A DNA stretch of 64,000 nucleotides. It comes from an uncultured Gemmatimonadales bacterium. Its GTDB lineage: Bacteria > Gemmatimonadota > Gemmatimonadetes > Gemmatimonadales > GWC2-71-9. The position numbers were made by a program, and so were the translations under genes. Shown in pieces: positions 37,462-47,991 of this stretch; the stretch's first letter is position 1; each line of letters opens with the position of its first letter. The notes beneath the pieces are model-generated. The model worked only from the letters and a program-made list of their open reading frames with translations. It did no database searches and had not been told where the DNA came from. Where the stretch lies: positions 32,001 through 96,000 of the forward strand of contig CAVVKJ010000010.1 of assembly GCA_963748815.1 (NCBI GenBank). Direction: 5' to 3'.

Positions 37462-37965
37462 CTAGATGTGCCCCTCCAGATCAATCTTCTTGATCTTCTC
37501 TTCCTGCTCCTTGCGGAACTCCTTCAGCTTCTCGGCCAGGGACTTGTCGTATCGCGCCAGCATCGACACCGCGAAGAGCGCGGCGTTGTGGGCGCCCGCA
37601 TCGCCGATGGCAAAGGTGGCCACCGGGATGCCGGCCGGCATCTGCACCGTGGAGAGGAGCGCGTCCATCCCCTGGAGGTGCCGCCCCGGCATCGGGACGC
37701 CGAGCACCGGGATGGTGGTGCCGGCGGCCATCACGCCCGCCAGGTGTGCCGCCATGCCGGCGGCGGCGATAATGCACTTCAGGCCACGTTCCTCTGCGGT
37801 GGTGGCGTACTCGTGGGCCAGGGCGGGGGAGCGGTGGGCCGAGATGACCCGGCTCTCGCAGGGCACGCCAAAATGCGCCAGCCGGTTCGCGGCATGGAGC
37901 ATCACCGGCCAGTCGGAAGCACTGCCCATCACGATGCCGACCAGGGGGGTCGTCGCTTTCATCAT
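37462..37965 (-). CDS. purE: N5-carboxyaminoimidazole ribonucleotide mutase
   Basis: VGIVMGSASDW, SAHRSP, AGMAAHLAG, STVQMPAGIPVAT. Confidence 0.96.
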   Translation of the reverse strand: MMKATTPLVGIVMGSASDWPVMLHAANRLAHFGVPCESRVISAHRSPALAHEYATTAEERGLKCIIAAAGMAAHLAGVMAAGTTIPVLGVPMPGRHLQGMDALLSTVQMPAGIPVATFAIGDAGAHNAALFAVSMLARYDKSLAEKLKEFRKEQEEKIKKIDLEGHI

Positions 37966-40616
37966 ACCGTCGCTTTCGTGCGGTCCATGGTGCCGCGTTT
38001 GGCGAGCGCCGCCTGCGCGGCGGCGAGCCGCGCGATCGGCACCCGGAAGGGTGAACAGCTCACGTAATTCATCCCGAGATCATCGCAAAAGGCGATCGCG
38101 GCGGGCTCGCCGCCATGCTCGCCGCAGATGCCGAGCTTGAGATCCTGCCGCGTCCGGCGCCCGAGCTCGCAGGCCATCGTCACGAGCTTGCCGACGCCGG
38201 CCTGGTCGAGGACCTGGAAGGGGTCGTCGGGGATGATGCCATGCTCGAGGTAGTACGGCAGGAAGCTCCCGGCGTCGTCGCGCGAGAGTCCCCAGGTCAT
38301 CTGGGTCAGGTCGTTGGTGCCGAAGCTGAAGAACTGCGCCTCGCCGGCGATCTCGTCGGCGGTGAGCGCCGCCCGGGGGACCTCGATCATGGTCCCCAGC
38401 AGGTAGGGCACCGTCAGCTGCCGCTCCCGAAACACCTCCTCGGCCACCTGGCGGACGACGAGCGCCTGCCGCCGGTACTCCACGACGGTGGAGGTCAGCG
38501 GCAGCATCACCTCCGGCTGGACCCGGCCCTTCCGCGCGGCGACGGTGCAGGCCGCCTCGAAGATGGCCCGTGCCTGCATGGCGGTGATTTCGGGGTGGAT
38601 GATGCCGAGCCGGCAGCCGCGGAGCCCGAGCATCGGGTTCTGCTCCTTGAGGCGGTCCACGATCAGCTGCAACTCCTTCGGATCCTTCCCCATTTCGCGC
38701 GCCAGCCCTGCCAGCTCCTCGGGGTCGTGGGGCAGGAACTCGTGGAGCGGCGGGTCGAGCAGCCGGATGGTGACCGGATACCCCTCCATCGCGCGGAAGA
38801 TGCCCTCGAAGTCGCCCCGCTGCATCGGCAGCAGCCGGGCGAGCGCCTTCTTGCGCCCCTCGTCGTCGGAGGCCACGATCATCTCCCGCATGGCGGAGAG
38901 GCGGTCGCCCTCGAAGAACATGTGCTCGGTCCGGCAGAGTCCGATTCCTTCGGCGCCGAAGTCGCGGCCCTTGTGCGCGTCCGCCGGGGTGTCGGCGTTG
39001 ACCCGGATCCGGAGGGTGCGCACCTTGTCGGCCCAGCCGAGGAGCTTGTCGAAGTTGCCGGAGACTTCCGGGGTCACCAGCGCCGCCCGGCCGGCCAGCA
39101 CCCGTCCGGTGGCGCCGTCGAGCGTGATCCACTCGCCCTCGCTGATGGTCCGCCCGTCGACCGAGAAGCGTCCCGCGTCCTCGTCGACGTTGAGCTCCTG
39201 CGCACCTGCCACGCATGGTTTCCCCATGCCGCGCGCCACCACCGCGGCGTGGGAGGTCATCCCCCCGCGCGCCGTCAGGATCGCCTTCGCTTCCACCATG
39301 CCGTGGAAGTCTTCGGGGCTCGTCTCCCGGCGCACCAGGATGACCGCCTCGCCCTTCTTGCCCAGCTCCTCCGCGCGGTTGGCCGAGAAGACCACGGCCC
39401 CCGACGCGGCGCCTGGCGAGGCCGGTAGCCCGGTGGTCAGCAGGTCGAGCGTGGCCTTGGGGTCGATGGTCGGGTGCAGGAGCTGGTCGAGGTCCATGGG
39501 GGGAATGCGGGCGACCGCTTCCTCCTGCGTGATGAGCCCCTCGTCGACCATTTCGCAGGCGATGCGCACCGAGGCGTGCCCGGTGCGCTGCGCGCGCCGG
39601 GTCTGCAGCATGTAGAGCTTGCCATTCTCGATGGTGAACTCGAGATCCTGCACGTCCCGGAAATGCCGCTCCAGCGTCCGTGCCACCCGCTCGAGCTCGG
39701 CGAACGCGGCGGGGAGCGCCCCCTGCAGCGTCTCGATCGGTTCCGGGTCGCGGGAGCCGCTCACCACATCCTCGCCCTGCGCGTTGAGCAGGTACTCCCC
39801 GTACAGCTTGTCCTCGCCGGTGGAGGGGTCACGGGTAAACGCGACGCCGGTGCCCGAGCCCTCGCCCAGGTTCCCGAAGACCATCGTCACGATGTTGACG
39901 GCGGTGCCCATCGAGTCGGGAATGTCGTGCAGGCGGCGATAGTCGATGGCCCGCTTGGTGTGCCAGCTCTCGAAGACCGCCTCGATGGCGCCCCACAGCT
40001 GGTCGAGGGGGCGGTCCGGGAACGGCTTGCCGGTGGCGGCGGTGATGTGCGCCTTGAATTCCCGCACGAGCGCCTGCATCGCCTCGGCCGGGAGATCGAT
40101 GTCGCGTGAGACACCCGCGGCGTGCTTCCGCTGCTCGAGCATCTCCTCGAACGGCGCCTTGGGGAGGTCGAAGACGACCGCGCCGTACATCTGCACGAAC
40201 CGCCGGTAGGAATCCCAGGCGAAGCGGGGGTTCTTGCTCTGCCTCGCGAGCCCCTCGACCGTGTCGTCGTTGAGACCGAGGTTGAGGATCGTCTCCATCA
40301 TCCCGGGCATCGACACCGCCGCTCCCGAACGCACCGACACGAGGAGCGGGTCGGCCGCGCCGCCGAAAATCTTGCCGGTGGCCGCCTCGAGCCGCTGCAA
40401 CGCCGCCTCGACCTGCTGGAGCAGGCGCGGCGGAAACTGGCGTGATTCGAGGTAGGCGATGCAGATGGAGCTGGCGATGGTGAATCCCGGCGGGACCGGA
40501 ATGCCGATGTTGGTCATCTCGGCGAGGCCGGCGCCCTTGCCACCGAGGAGGTCCTTCATGGCCGCCGTGCCGTCGGCGCGGCCCTGGCCGAAGAAGTAGA
40601 CGAGTGGTTGCGTCAT
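37962..40616 (-). CDS. ppdK: Pyruvate, phosphate dikinase
   Basis: LLGGKGAGLAEM, VSVRSGA..SMPGMM, GGMTSHAAVVARG, IGLCRTEHMF, FSFGTNDLTQ, GICGEHGG. Confidence 0.97.
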   Translation of the reverse strand: MTQPLVYFFGQGRADGTAAMKDLLGGKGAGLAEMTNIGIPVPPGFTIASSICIAYLESRQFPPRLLQQVEAALQRLEAATGKIFGGAADPLLVSVRSGAAVSMPGMMETILNLGLNDDTVEGLARQSKNPRFAWDSYRRFVQMYGAVVFDLPKAPFEEMLEQRKHAAGVSRDIDLPAEAMQALVREFKAHITAATGKPFPDRPLDQLWGAIEAVFESWHTKRAIDYRRLHDIPDSMGTAVNIVTMVFGNLGEGSGTGVAFTRDPSTGEDKLYGEYLLNAQGEDVVSGSRDPEPIETLQGALPAAFAELERVARTLERHFRDVQDLEFTIENGKLYMLQTRRAQRTGHASVRIACEMVDEGLITQEEAVARIPPMDLDQLLHPTIDPKATLDLLTTGLPASPGAASGAVVFSANRAEELGKKGEAVILVRRETSPEDFHGMVEAKAILTARGGMTSHAAVVARGMGKPCVAGAQELNVDEDAGRFSVDGRTISEGEWITLDGATGRVLAGRAALVTPEVSGNFDKLLGWADKVRTLRIRVNADTPADAHKGRDFGAEGIGLCRTEHMFFEGDRLSAMREMIVASDDEGRKKALARLLPMQRGDFEGIFRAMEGYPVTIRLLDPPLHEFLPHDPEELAGLAREMGKDPKELQLIVDRLKEQNPMLGLRGCRLGIIHPEITAMQARAIFEAACTVAARKGRVQPEVMLPLTSTVVEYRRQALVVRQVAEEVFRERQLTVPYLLGTMIEVPRAALTADEIAGEAQFFSFGTNDLTQMTWGLSRDDAGSFLPYYLEHGIIPDDPFQVLDQAGVGKLVTMACELGRRTRQDLKLGICGEHGGEPAAIAFCDDLGMNYVSCSPFRVPIARLAAAQAALAKRGTMDRTKATV

Positions 40617-40642
40617 GCCGCCGGTCATGCGTCGACTCGCAG

Positions 40643-42018
40643 TCAGGGGAGACGAGTGCTGGATCGGGACGACCGCGTCCGGGACGGCGGTCGGGTAGTC
40701 GCCAGAGAAACAGGCGTGGCAGAAGGGGCCGCCGCCGGCGGCGCCCACCATGCCGTCGAGGCTCAGATAGCCGAGGGTGTCCACGCCGAGATAGGCGCGG
40801 ATCTCTTCCATCGAATGGGTGGAGGCGATGAGCTCTTCCCGGGTGGGCGTGTCGATGCCGTAGTGGCAGGGTCCCGTGATGGGCGGCGAGGCGAGGCGGA
40901 GATGCACCTCCCGCGCCCCGGCGGCGCGGATCATCTGGACCAGCCCGCGGCTCGTGGTGCCGCGGACCAGGCTGTCGTCGACGACGACGACCTTCTTCCC
41001 TTCGATGATGCCGCGCACCGGGTTGAACTTGATCTTGACCTTGGCCACCCGGAGCGCCTGGGTCGGGTGGATGAAGGTCCGCCCGACGTAGTGGTTGCGG
41101 ATCAGGCCGTGCTCCAGCTTGATGCCGGACACCTCGCTGAAGCCGAGCGCCATGGCGTTGCTGCTGTCCGGCACCGAGAAGACCACATCCGCGCCCGGCG
41201 CAGGGTGCTCCAGCGCGAGCCGCCGCCCGGCCTCGCGGCGGACGCGGTCGACCGACATCCCGAAGATGGTCGCTGTCGGGGCGGGCAAAGTAGATCAGCT
41301 CGAAGACGCAGCGGCTGACCGGCTTGGCCCGGAGCGGCTGCAGGTCCTCGATGACGCCGTCGGTGATGCGCACGAACTCGCCCGGCTTCAGTTCGCGGAT
41401 GAAGGTCGCGCCGACCAGGTCGAGGGCGCAGGTCTCGCTGGCCGCCACGACACCCGTGCCCAGCCGCCCCAGCACCAGCGGCCGGAACCCCCGCGGGTCG
41501 ACCACGGCGTAGAGTGTGCGGCCGACCCCGATGACCAGGCTGTAGGCCCCCTCCACCCGGGTCAGCGCCGACCGAATCTGGAGCTCGGGGTCGGGGACTT
41601 CGGACCGTGCAATCAGGTGGACCAGCACCTCGGTGTCGCTCGAGGAGGTGAAGATCGAGCCGCGCTCCACGAGGGTCTTCTTGATCTCGGCGGCGTTGGT
41701 CAGGTTGCCGTTGTGCGCCACGCAGAGCGACCCGATCCGGTAGTTGACCAGGCAGGGTTGCGCGTTGGCCAGCACGGTGCTGCCGGTGGTGGAGTACCGG
41801 GTATGCCCGACCGCCACGTCGCCGGGCAGCTGCTCCAGCTCCGCCTCACCGAAGGTTTCGGAGACGAGGCCCATGCCGACCTTGACCCGGGATTCGCCGT
41901 CGGGCGTGATGGCCACGATGCCGGCGCTCTCCTGTCCGCGGTGCTGCAGCGCGTAGAGACCGAGATAGGCCACGCGGGCCGCATCGGGAACGCCGGACAC
42001 TCCCATGATTCCACACAT
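40643..42018 (-). CDS. purF: Amidophosphoribosyltransferase (frameshift near 41280; stop codon uncertain)
   Basis: MCGI Ntn Cys, LQHRGQESAG, GHTRYST, CVFELIYFARPDS, VVDDSLVRGTT, CHACFSGDYP. Confidence 0.93.
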
Positions 42019-42021
42019 TGG

Positions 42022-44328
42022 CTAGGCCTCCGCTCGGTCGCTGACGACCTCGCGCATCCGGCGCGGGATCGCGTCATCGTACACAGAACGGAGCCGGTCG
42101 ACCGGCCACCGATGGACGCAACCTGGCAGGACGATCGTGAGGTCGCTTCCGGGAGTCCGCACCTCCCCGGCGAGGTACCCCTGCAGGCCATGCCGGGTAA
42201 GCAGCGCCCGGAGGCCGGGCAGGGCGGAGGGGGCCACGCTCAGCACCACCCGCCCATGATCCTCGCCGTAGAGCGCCTGCACATCGGTGAGGCCGGGCGC
42301 ATAGGTCCGCAGGTCCACGATGGCCCCGAAGCCGCGATCGGCGTAGGGGCCGCCGATGGCTGCCTCCGCCAGCGCCACCGCCAGGCCACCCTCGGAACAG
42401 TCATGCGCCGAGCGGACGAGTCGTGCGGCCGCGGCGGCGACGAGGAACTGCTGAAGACGGGCCTCGTGCGCCAGGTCCACCTTCGGGCCGGCGCCGCCGA
42501 CGAAGTCGCACAGTTCCGCCCAGTAGGCCGAGCCGCCGAGGGCGCCGGTGGTGCCGCCGACGAGCACGATGCGATCGCCCGTCGCCCGGAAGTGACTGGG
42601 CACGCGGTCCTCGGCGCGCCGGAGCAGGCCCACCATGCCCACGGTCGGGGTCGGGTCGACGGCGCCGGTGGGGCTCTCGTTGTAGAACGAGACGTTGCCG
42701 CCCGTGACCGGGGTCCCGAAGGCGCGGCAGGCATCGGAGATGCCGCGACAGGCCTCGGTGAACTGGAAGAACACCTCGGGCTTCTCGGGATTGCCGAAGT
42801 TCAGGCAGTCGGTGATGCCGAGCGGCTCGCGCCCCCGTGCACGCGACGTTGCGCGCCGCCTCGGCGACGGTCGCCTTGCCGCCCTCGTAGGGATCGAGCG
42901 CCACCAGCCGGTTGTTGCAGTCCACGCTCACCGCCATGGCGAACGGCTCCGTCCCGACCCGGAAGACCCCCGCGTCGCCCCCAGGGCCCAGCACGGTGGA
43001 GGCCTGTACCGTGGAATCGTACTGCTCGATAGACCCACCGCTTGCTCGCGATCGACGGCGTGTCGAGCAGCGCCTCGAGCGCCTCGGTCGCGTCGACGCG
43101 GGCGGCCCTGGTGGGGCTGGCCTTGCGCCGCGCGGCAGCGGCGGGAGCCTCGCGGGCCTCCGGTGTGTAGATCGGGCAGTCGTCGACGAGGGGCTGACCG
43201 GGAATCTCGGCGACGGTCAGTCCGTTGTGCTTCGACCCGGAAGAGGCCATCGTCGGTCACCCGCCCGATGTCCGTCGCCTCGAGTTCCCATTTCCGGCAG
43301 ACGGCCTGGATGGCGGGCACCTGGTGGGGTTCCGCGACGATCAGCATCCGCTCCTGCGACTCCGAGAGCAGGATCTCGTACGGCGTCATCCCCGCTTCGC
43401 GGGTCGGGACCAGTCCGGTGTCGATCTCGACGCCGACGCCGCCCCGAGCGGCCATTTCGGCGCTGGAGCTGGTGAGCCCCGCCGCGCCCATGTCCTGGAT
43501 GGCCACGATGAGCTTCGAGGTGATCAACTCGAGGCTCGCCTCGAGCAGCAGCTTCTCGGTGAACGGGTCGCCGACCTGCACCTGCGGGCGCCGCGCCTCG
43601 CTCTTCTCGGAGAGCTCCTCGGACGCGAAGCTCGCGCCGTGGATGCCGTCGCGGCCGGTCTTGGCGCCAACGTTGAGCAGCACGTTGCCGACGCCGTGGG
43701 CCCGCGCCGTGGCCAGGTCCGCCTCCCGGAGGATGCCGACGCACATCGCGTTGACGAGCGGATTGCCGGAGTAGCCCGGGCGCGAAGCCGACCTCGCCGC
43801 CGAGCGTCGGCACCCCGATGCAGTTGCCGTAGTCGCCCACGCCCCGCACGACCCCGGCGAAGAGGTAGCGATTGCGCGGCTCGTCAGCGGGCCGAACCGC
43901 AGGCTGTTGAGCACCGCCACCGGGCGGGCGCCCATCGTGAAGACATCGCGGAGAATGCCGCCGACGCCGGTCGCGGCGCCCTGGTACGGCTCCACGGCGG
44001 AGGGGTGGTTGTGCGACTCGATCTTGAAGGCCACCGCCCATCCGTCGGGGAGCCGCAGCACGCCGGCGTTCTCGCCCGGCCCCTGCACGACCTGCGGGCC
44101 GGTGGTGGGGAAGCGCTTGAGGACCGGCTTGGAGTGCTTGTACGAGCAGTGCTCGGACCAGAGCGCGGAGAAGACGCCGAGCTCCGTCAGCGTCGGCTGC
44201 CGGCCGAGCATGGCGACGATGCGGTCGAATTCGGAGTCGGTCAGGTTGTGCTCCCGGACGACTTCCCTGGTCACCGGTCGTTCTCCCGGGAAGGAGGCGG
44301 CGTGGGTGACCGGCACGGCGATGGTCAT
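42022..44328 (-). CDS. purL: Phosphoribosylformylglycinamidine synthase subunit PurL (frameshifted)
   Basis: [58 protein letters not shown]. Confidence 0.93.
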
Positions 44329-44654
44329 TTCGACTCCGAGCGGGGCGCGCGAAGGACCTGCGACAGGTCGCGGATGACGCGGCCCAACAGGGTGGGGTCA
44401 TCCTTGGCCATCACGGCGGCAATCTCGTCGGCATCCAGGAAGATGCCCTGGCAGTGCACGCACCGGTCGACCGTCACGCCGTGGAACTCCTCATGCACCA
44501 GGTCGTGCCCGTCCTTGGGACACTTCATGAAGTGCAACTGCCGGGCCGCTTCCTCCGCGGCCGCCTTGGCGCGCTCGCGCTGCGCCTTGAGCAGCTCCGC
44601 CTCTTCCTTGGCGAAATACTCGTCTTCGCTCTTGCTGGGCTTCTGTGGGCTCAT
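44325..44654 (-). CDS. Small zinc-ribbon (zf-TFIIB-like) protein
   Basis: EDEYF helical N-terminus; [26 protein letters not shown]. Confidence 0.75.
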   Translation of the reverse strand: MSPQKPSKSEDEYFAKEEAELLKAQRERAKAAAEEAARQLHFMKCPKDGHDLVHEEFHGVTVDRCVHCQGIFLDADEIAAVMAKDDPTLLGRVIRDLSQVLRAPRSESK

Positions 44655-44668
44655 CGAGGCTGACTCCG

Positions 44669-45361
44669 TCAGGGGGTGGATCGGGCGGCCCGGCCAGGGA
44701 GCCACTCCGCGATGGACTTGAAAAAACCGGCGCCGACATCGCTGCCCGTCAGCGGGTCTGCATACCGTTCGGGGTGCGGCATGAACCCGACGATGGTGCC
44801 CGCCGCGTTGGACACCCCAGCGATGTCAGCGACCGACCCGTTGGGATTCTCTCCTCGCGTGTACCGCAGCACCACGCGCCCCTCGGCCTCGAGCAACCGG
44901 AGGGTATCGTCGTCGGCCACGTAGCAGCCGTCGCCGTGCGCCACCGGAATCCGGATCTCCGTGCCCCGCGTATACGCGGTGGTGCAGAAGGTGTCGGTGC
45001 GCTCCACCCGCACCCACACCGGCCGCGACACGAAGGTCAGTCGGTCGTTCCGGACCAGCGCCCCAGGCAGGAGCTGCGCCTCGCAGAGGATCTGGAACCC
45101 GTTGCAGATGCCGAGCACCGCCCCGCCCCCGGCGGCGTGACGCTGCACCGCCTGCATGACCGGGCTGAACCGGGCAATGGCGCCGGAACGGAGATAGTCG
45201 CCGTAGCTGAAGCCGCCCGGGAGGAGCACCACGTCGGCCTGCTGCAGGTCGGTGTCGCGATGCCACACGAATCGCGCTTCTGCGCCGGCGTTGGCGATGG
45301 CGTGGTAGGCGTCCCAGTCACAGTTGCTGCCGGGGAACCGGACGACCGCGACGCGCAGCAT
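44669..45361 (-). CDS. purQ: Phosphoribosylformylglycinamidine synthase subunit PurQ
   Basis: FPGSNCD, PGGFSYGDYLR, GICNGFQIL, MPHPER. Confidence 0.96.
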   Translation of the reverse strand: MLRVAVVRFPGSNCDWDAYHAIANAGAEARFVWHRDTDLQQADVVLLPGGFSYGDYLRSGAIARFSPVMQAVQRHAAGGGAVLGICNGFQILCEAQLLPGALVRNDRLTFVSRPVWVRVERTDTFCTTAYTRGTEIRIPVAHGDGCYVADDDTLRLLEAEGRVVLRYTRGENPNGSVADIAGVSNAAGTIVGFMPHPERYADPLTGSDVGAGFFKSIAEWLPGRAARSTP

Positions 45362-45609
45362 CAGGCCTCCACCGCCAGGCTGAAGTCTTCCGTGACCGGA
45401 TTGGCCAGCAGCTTTTCGCACATCTGCCGCGCCGATGCCTCCGCGGCCGCGGGACTGGCCGCATCGATGGCGAGCTCGATCGCACGGCCGACGCGCACCT
45501 CGCCGGCGCCCGCAAAGCCGAGGACCGCGAGGGCGTGTTCCACGGCCTGGCCCTGCGGGTCGAGCAGGCCGGCGCGGGGCACGACACGGATGTGAACGCG
45601 ATACGTCAT
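45361..45609 (-). CDS. purS: Phosphoribosylformylglycinamidine synthase subunit PurS
   Basis: LLDPQGQAV, VRVGR, MCEKLLANPVTEDF. Confidence 0.93.
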   Translation of the reverse strand: MTYRVHIRVVPRAGLLDPQGQAVEHALAVLGFAGAGEVRVGRAIELAIDAASPAAAEASARQMCEKLLANPVTEDFSLAVEA

Positions 45610-46448
45610 GAGATCGAATCCTCGTCGTGGGTGTGTTCGTGCGGCGCGCGCACATGCAGCGTCTGGGCTTCCACCGTGTCCTCGGCGCGCTCCGAGAGGG
45701 CGATGACGGTGCTCCGGAGGATGCCAAACAGGAGGTAGCCGATGCCGAAGGGAAAGAGGAACCGGGAAGGGGCCAGGATCATGCCGGCCAGGATGCCGAC
45801 CGTCACGAGCGTCCCGATGATCCCCGTGAGGGAGCGGAACCCGATGCGTGGGGTTCGCGGATACTTGACCGTGCTCAGCATCATCGCGGAGAGGGCGAGC
45901 ATCAGGAACGTCAGCCCCTGGCGCTGGAGATCGAGATATTCCGGGAACTTCTGGTACCAGTCGGTCTGGCTGAACGCGAAGTACGTGGCCAGCGTCATGC
46001 CCGCGGCCGGCGAGGGCAGTCCGCTGAACCAGCCCGGCTTGTCCGAACCGGCGGCGGTGATATTGTAGCGCGCCAGCCGGATGGCCGCCGCCGCGACGTA
46101 GAGGAAGCAGATGACCCAGGCGAACCGCCCGGCCTCGGCAAACTCCAGGAAGTACATGATCATCGCCGGCGCGACGCCGAAGGAGATCACGTCGACGAGG
46201 GAATCGAGCTCGGCGCCGAACCGGGTGCCGGTGTGCGACATCCGGGCCAGCCGTCCGTCGAGGATGTCCGCCATGCCGGCAAAGACGATGAACCAGCCTG
46301 CCCACTTGAAATTGCCCTGCGCGGCGGACACGATGGCCCAGATGCCGCAGAACAGGTTGCCGAGCGTGAACGCGCTCGGGATGACGATGATGGCGCGCCG
46401 GATCCCCGGGCGACGCGGCGGCGCATCCGCGGTGTCGTGCGCGCTCAT
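45606..46448 (-). CDS. pssA: CDP-diacylglycerol--serine O-phosphatidyltransferase
   Basis: PSAFTLGNL, DILDGRLAR..FGAELDSLVDVISFGVAP, RLARYN, FSGLPSPAA. Confidence 0.92.
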   Translation of the reverse strand: MSAHDTADAPPRRPGIRRAIIVIPSAFTLGNLFCGIWAIVSAAQGNFKWAGWFIVFAGMADILDGRLARMSHTGTRFGAELDSLVDVISFGVAPAMIMYFLEFAEAGRFAWVICFLYVAAAAIRLARYNITAAGSDKPGWFSGLPSPAAGMTLATYFAFSQTDWYQKFPEYLDLQRQGLTFLMLALSAMMLSTVKYPRTPRIGFRSLTGIIGTLVTVGILAGMILAPSRFLFPFGIGYLLFGILRSTVIALSERAEDTVEAQTLHVRAPHEHTHDEDSIS

Positions 46449-47071
46449 GGCCACTCCCCGATGATGGAGACGCCCGCCACCGTCCGCTCCCCCTCCGCGA
46501 CCTTCACCGCGACGCCGGTCGGCAGGAAGACATCCACCCGCGACCCGAACCGGATCAGCCCCATGCGCTCCCCCTGCCGGACGGCGGTGCCCTCGGCGTG
46601 GTCGGTGATGATCCGCCGCGCGATCAGCCCGGCGATTTGCCGCACCAGCACCTTCCCGCGCGCCGCGACGATGCCGACCGACGACTGCTCGTTTTCCAGC
46701 GACGCCTTTTCCGCCGCGGCGTTCACGAACGCGCCCGGCGAATACTTGCGGTAGGTGATCGCGCCGTCCACCGGATACCGGTTCACGTGCACGTTGAACA
46801 CGTTCATGAAGATCGAGACTCGCTGGACCTCGCCGCCGTGATAGTCCGGCTCGTCGATGCGGCGGACGCTCACCACGAGGCCGTCGGCGGGGGCGATGAT
46901 CAGCCGTTCGCCCCGCGGTCCGTTACGGACCGGGTCCCGAAAGAAGGCAATGACCCAGATGGCGACGGGCAGCCAGACCAGGGCGGCGGTGTAGTAGCCG
47001 AAGAGCACGCACCCCAGCTCCATGAGCCAGAAGGCCCCGATGAACGGCCAGCCCTCGCGGGCGATGCGCAT
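46445..47071 (-). CDS. psd: Phosphatidylserine decarboxylase proenzyme
   Basis: FFRDP, SIFMNVFNVHVNR, QIAGLIARRI, GLIRFGSRVD. Confidence 0.94.
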   Translation of the reverse strand: MRIAREGWPFIGAFWLMELGCVLFGYYTAALVWLPVAIWVIAFFRDPVRNGPRGERLIIAPADGLVVSVRRIDEPDYHGGEVQRVSIFMNVFNVHVNRYPVDGAITYRKYSPGAFVNAAAEKASLENEQSSVGIVAARGKVLVRQIAGLIARRIITDHAEGTAVRQGERMGLIRFGSRVDVFLPTGVAVKVAEGERTVAGVSIIGEWP

Positions 47072-47991
47072 CAGCCGTCCTCGGGCAGTGGATGCCCGGT
47101 CAGGCGCCGGTAGGCGTCGACGTAGCGCGCGCTGGTCGTGTCGAGCACGTCCTGCGGAAGCGTCGGCGGCGGCGCCTCCCCGTTCCAGCTCCCCTTCGCC
47201 TTCAACGCCGCGAGGTAGTCGCGGAGCGGCTGCTTGTCGAAGCTCGGTTGGCCGCGCCCCGGCTCGTAGCGGTCCGCCGGCCAGAACCGCGAGGAGTCGG
47301 GCGTGAGGACCTCGTCGATCAGGCGGAGCGTGCCGTCGGCGTCGCGCCCGAACTCGAACTTCGTGTCGGCGATGATGATTCCCCGGTCGGCGGCATGCGC
47401 CCGGCCGGCCTCGTAGATGCGAAAGCTGGCCTCGCGGAGCGCCTCGGCCTCCGCCGTGCCGAGTGCCTTCGCCATGGTGTCGAACGTCACGTTCTCGTCG
47501 TGCCCCGTTTCCGCCTTGGTGGCGGGGCTGAAGATCGGCGGGTCGAGGCGGTCGCTCTCCACCAGTCCGGGTGTGAGCGGCTCGCCGGCCAGGGTGCCGG
47601 TCTTCCGGTATTCCGCCCACGCCGAGCCGGTGATGTAGCCGCGCACCACGCACTCGAACGGCACCGGGTCGGTGCGCCGGACCAGCATCGTGCGCCCCCG
47701 GAGGGCGGCGCGGTGCGGCGCGAGGTCGGGATAGCGCTCGATGATTTCGGTCGCGCTCGCCGAGATGAAGTGGGACGGGAAGACGCCGGCCAGCTTGTCG
47801 AACCAGAACGCGCTGACCTGGGTGAGGACCCGACCCTTTTCGGCAATCGGCTCGTTCATCACCACGTCGAAGGCGCTGATCCGGTCGCTCGCCACCAGCA
47901 GGAGTTCGTCGGGGCCGACCTCGTAGACTTCGCGGACCTTCCCCGCGCGAAGCAAGGGAAGCGGAAGCGTGCTTCGGAACATGACGGTCAT
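47071..47991 (-). CDS. purC: SAICAR synthase
   Basis: [49 protein letters not shown]. Confidence 0.96.
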   Translation of the reverse strand: MTVMFRSTLPLPLLRAGKVREVYEVGPDELLLVASDRISAFDVVMNEPIAEKGRVLTQVSAFWFDKLAGVFPSHFISASATEIIERYPDLAPHRAALRGRTMLVRRTDPVPFECVVRGYITGSAWAEYRKTGTLAGEPLTPGLVESDRLDPPIFSPATKAETGHDENVTFDTMAKALGTAEAEALREASFRIYEAGRAHAADRGIIIADTKFEFGRDADGTLRLIDEVLTPDSSRFWPADRYEPGRGQPSFDKQPLRDYLAALKAKGSWNGEAPPPTLPQDVLDTTSARYVDAYRRLTGHPLPEDG

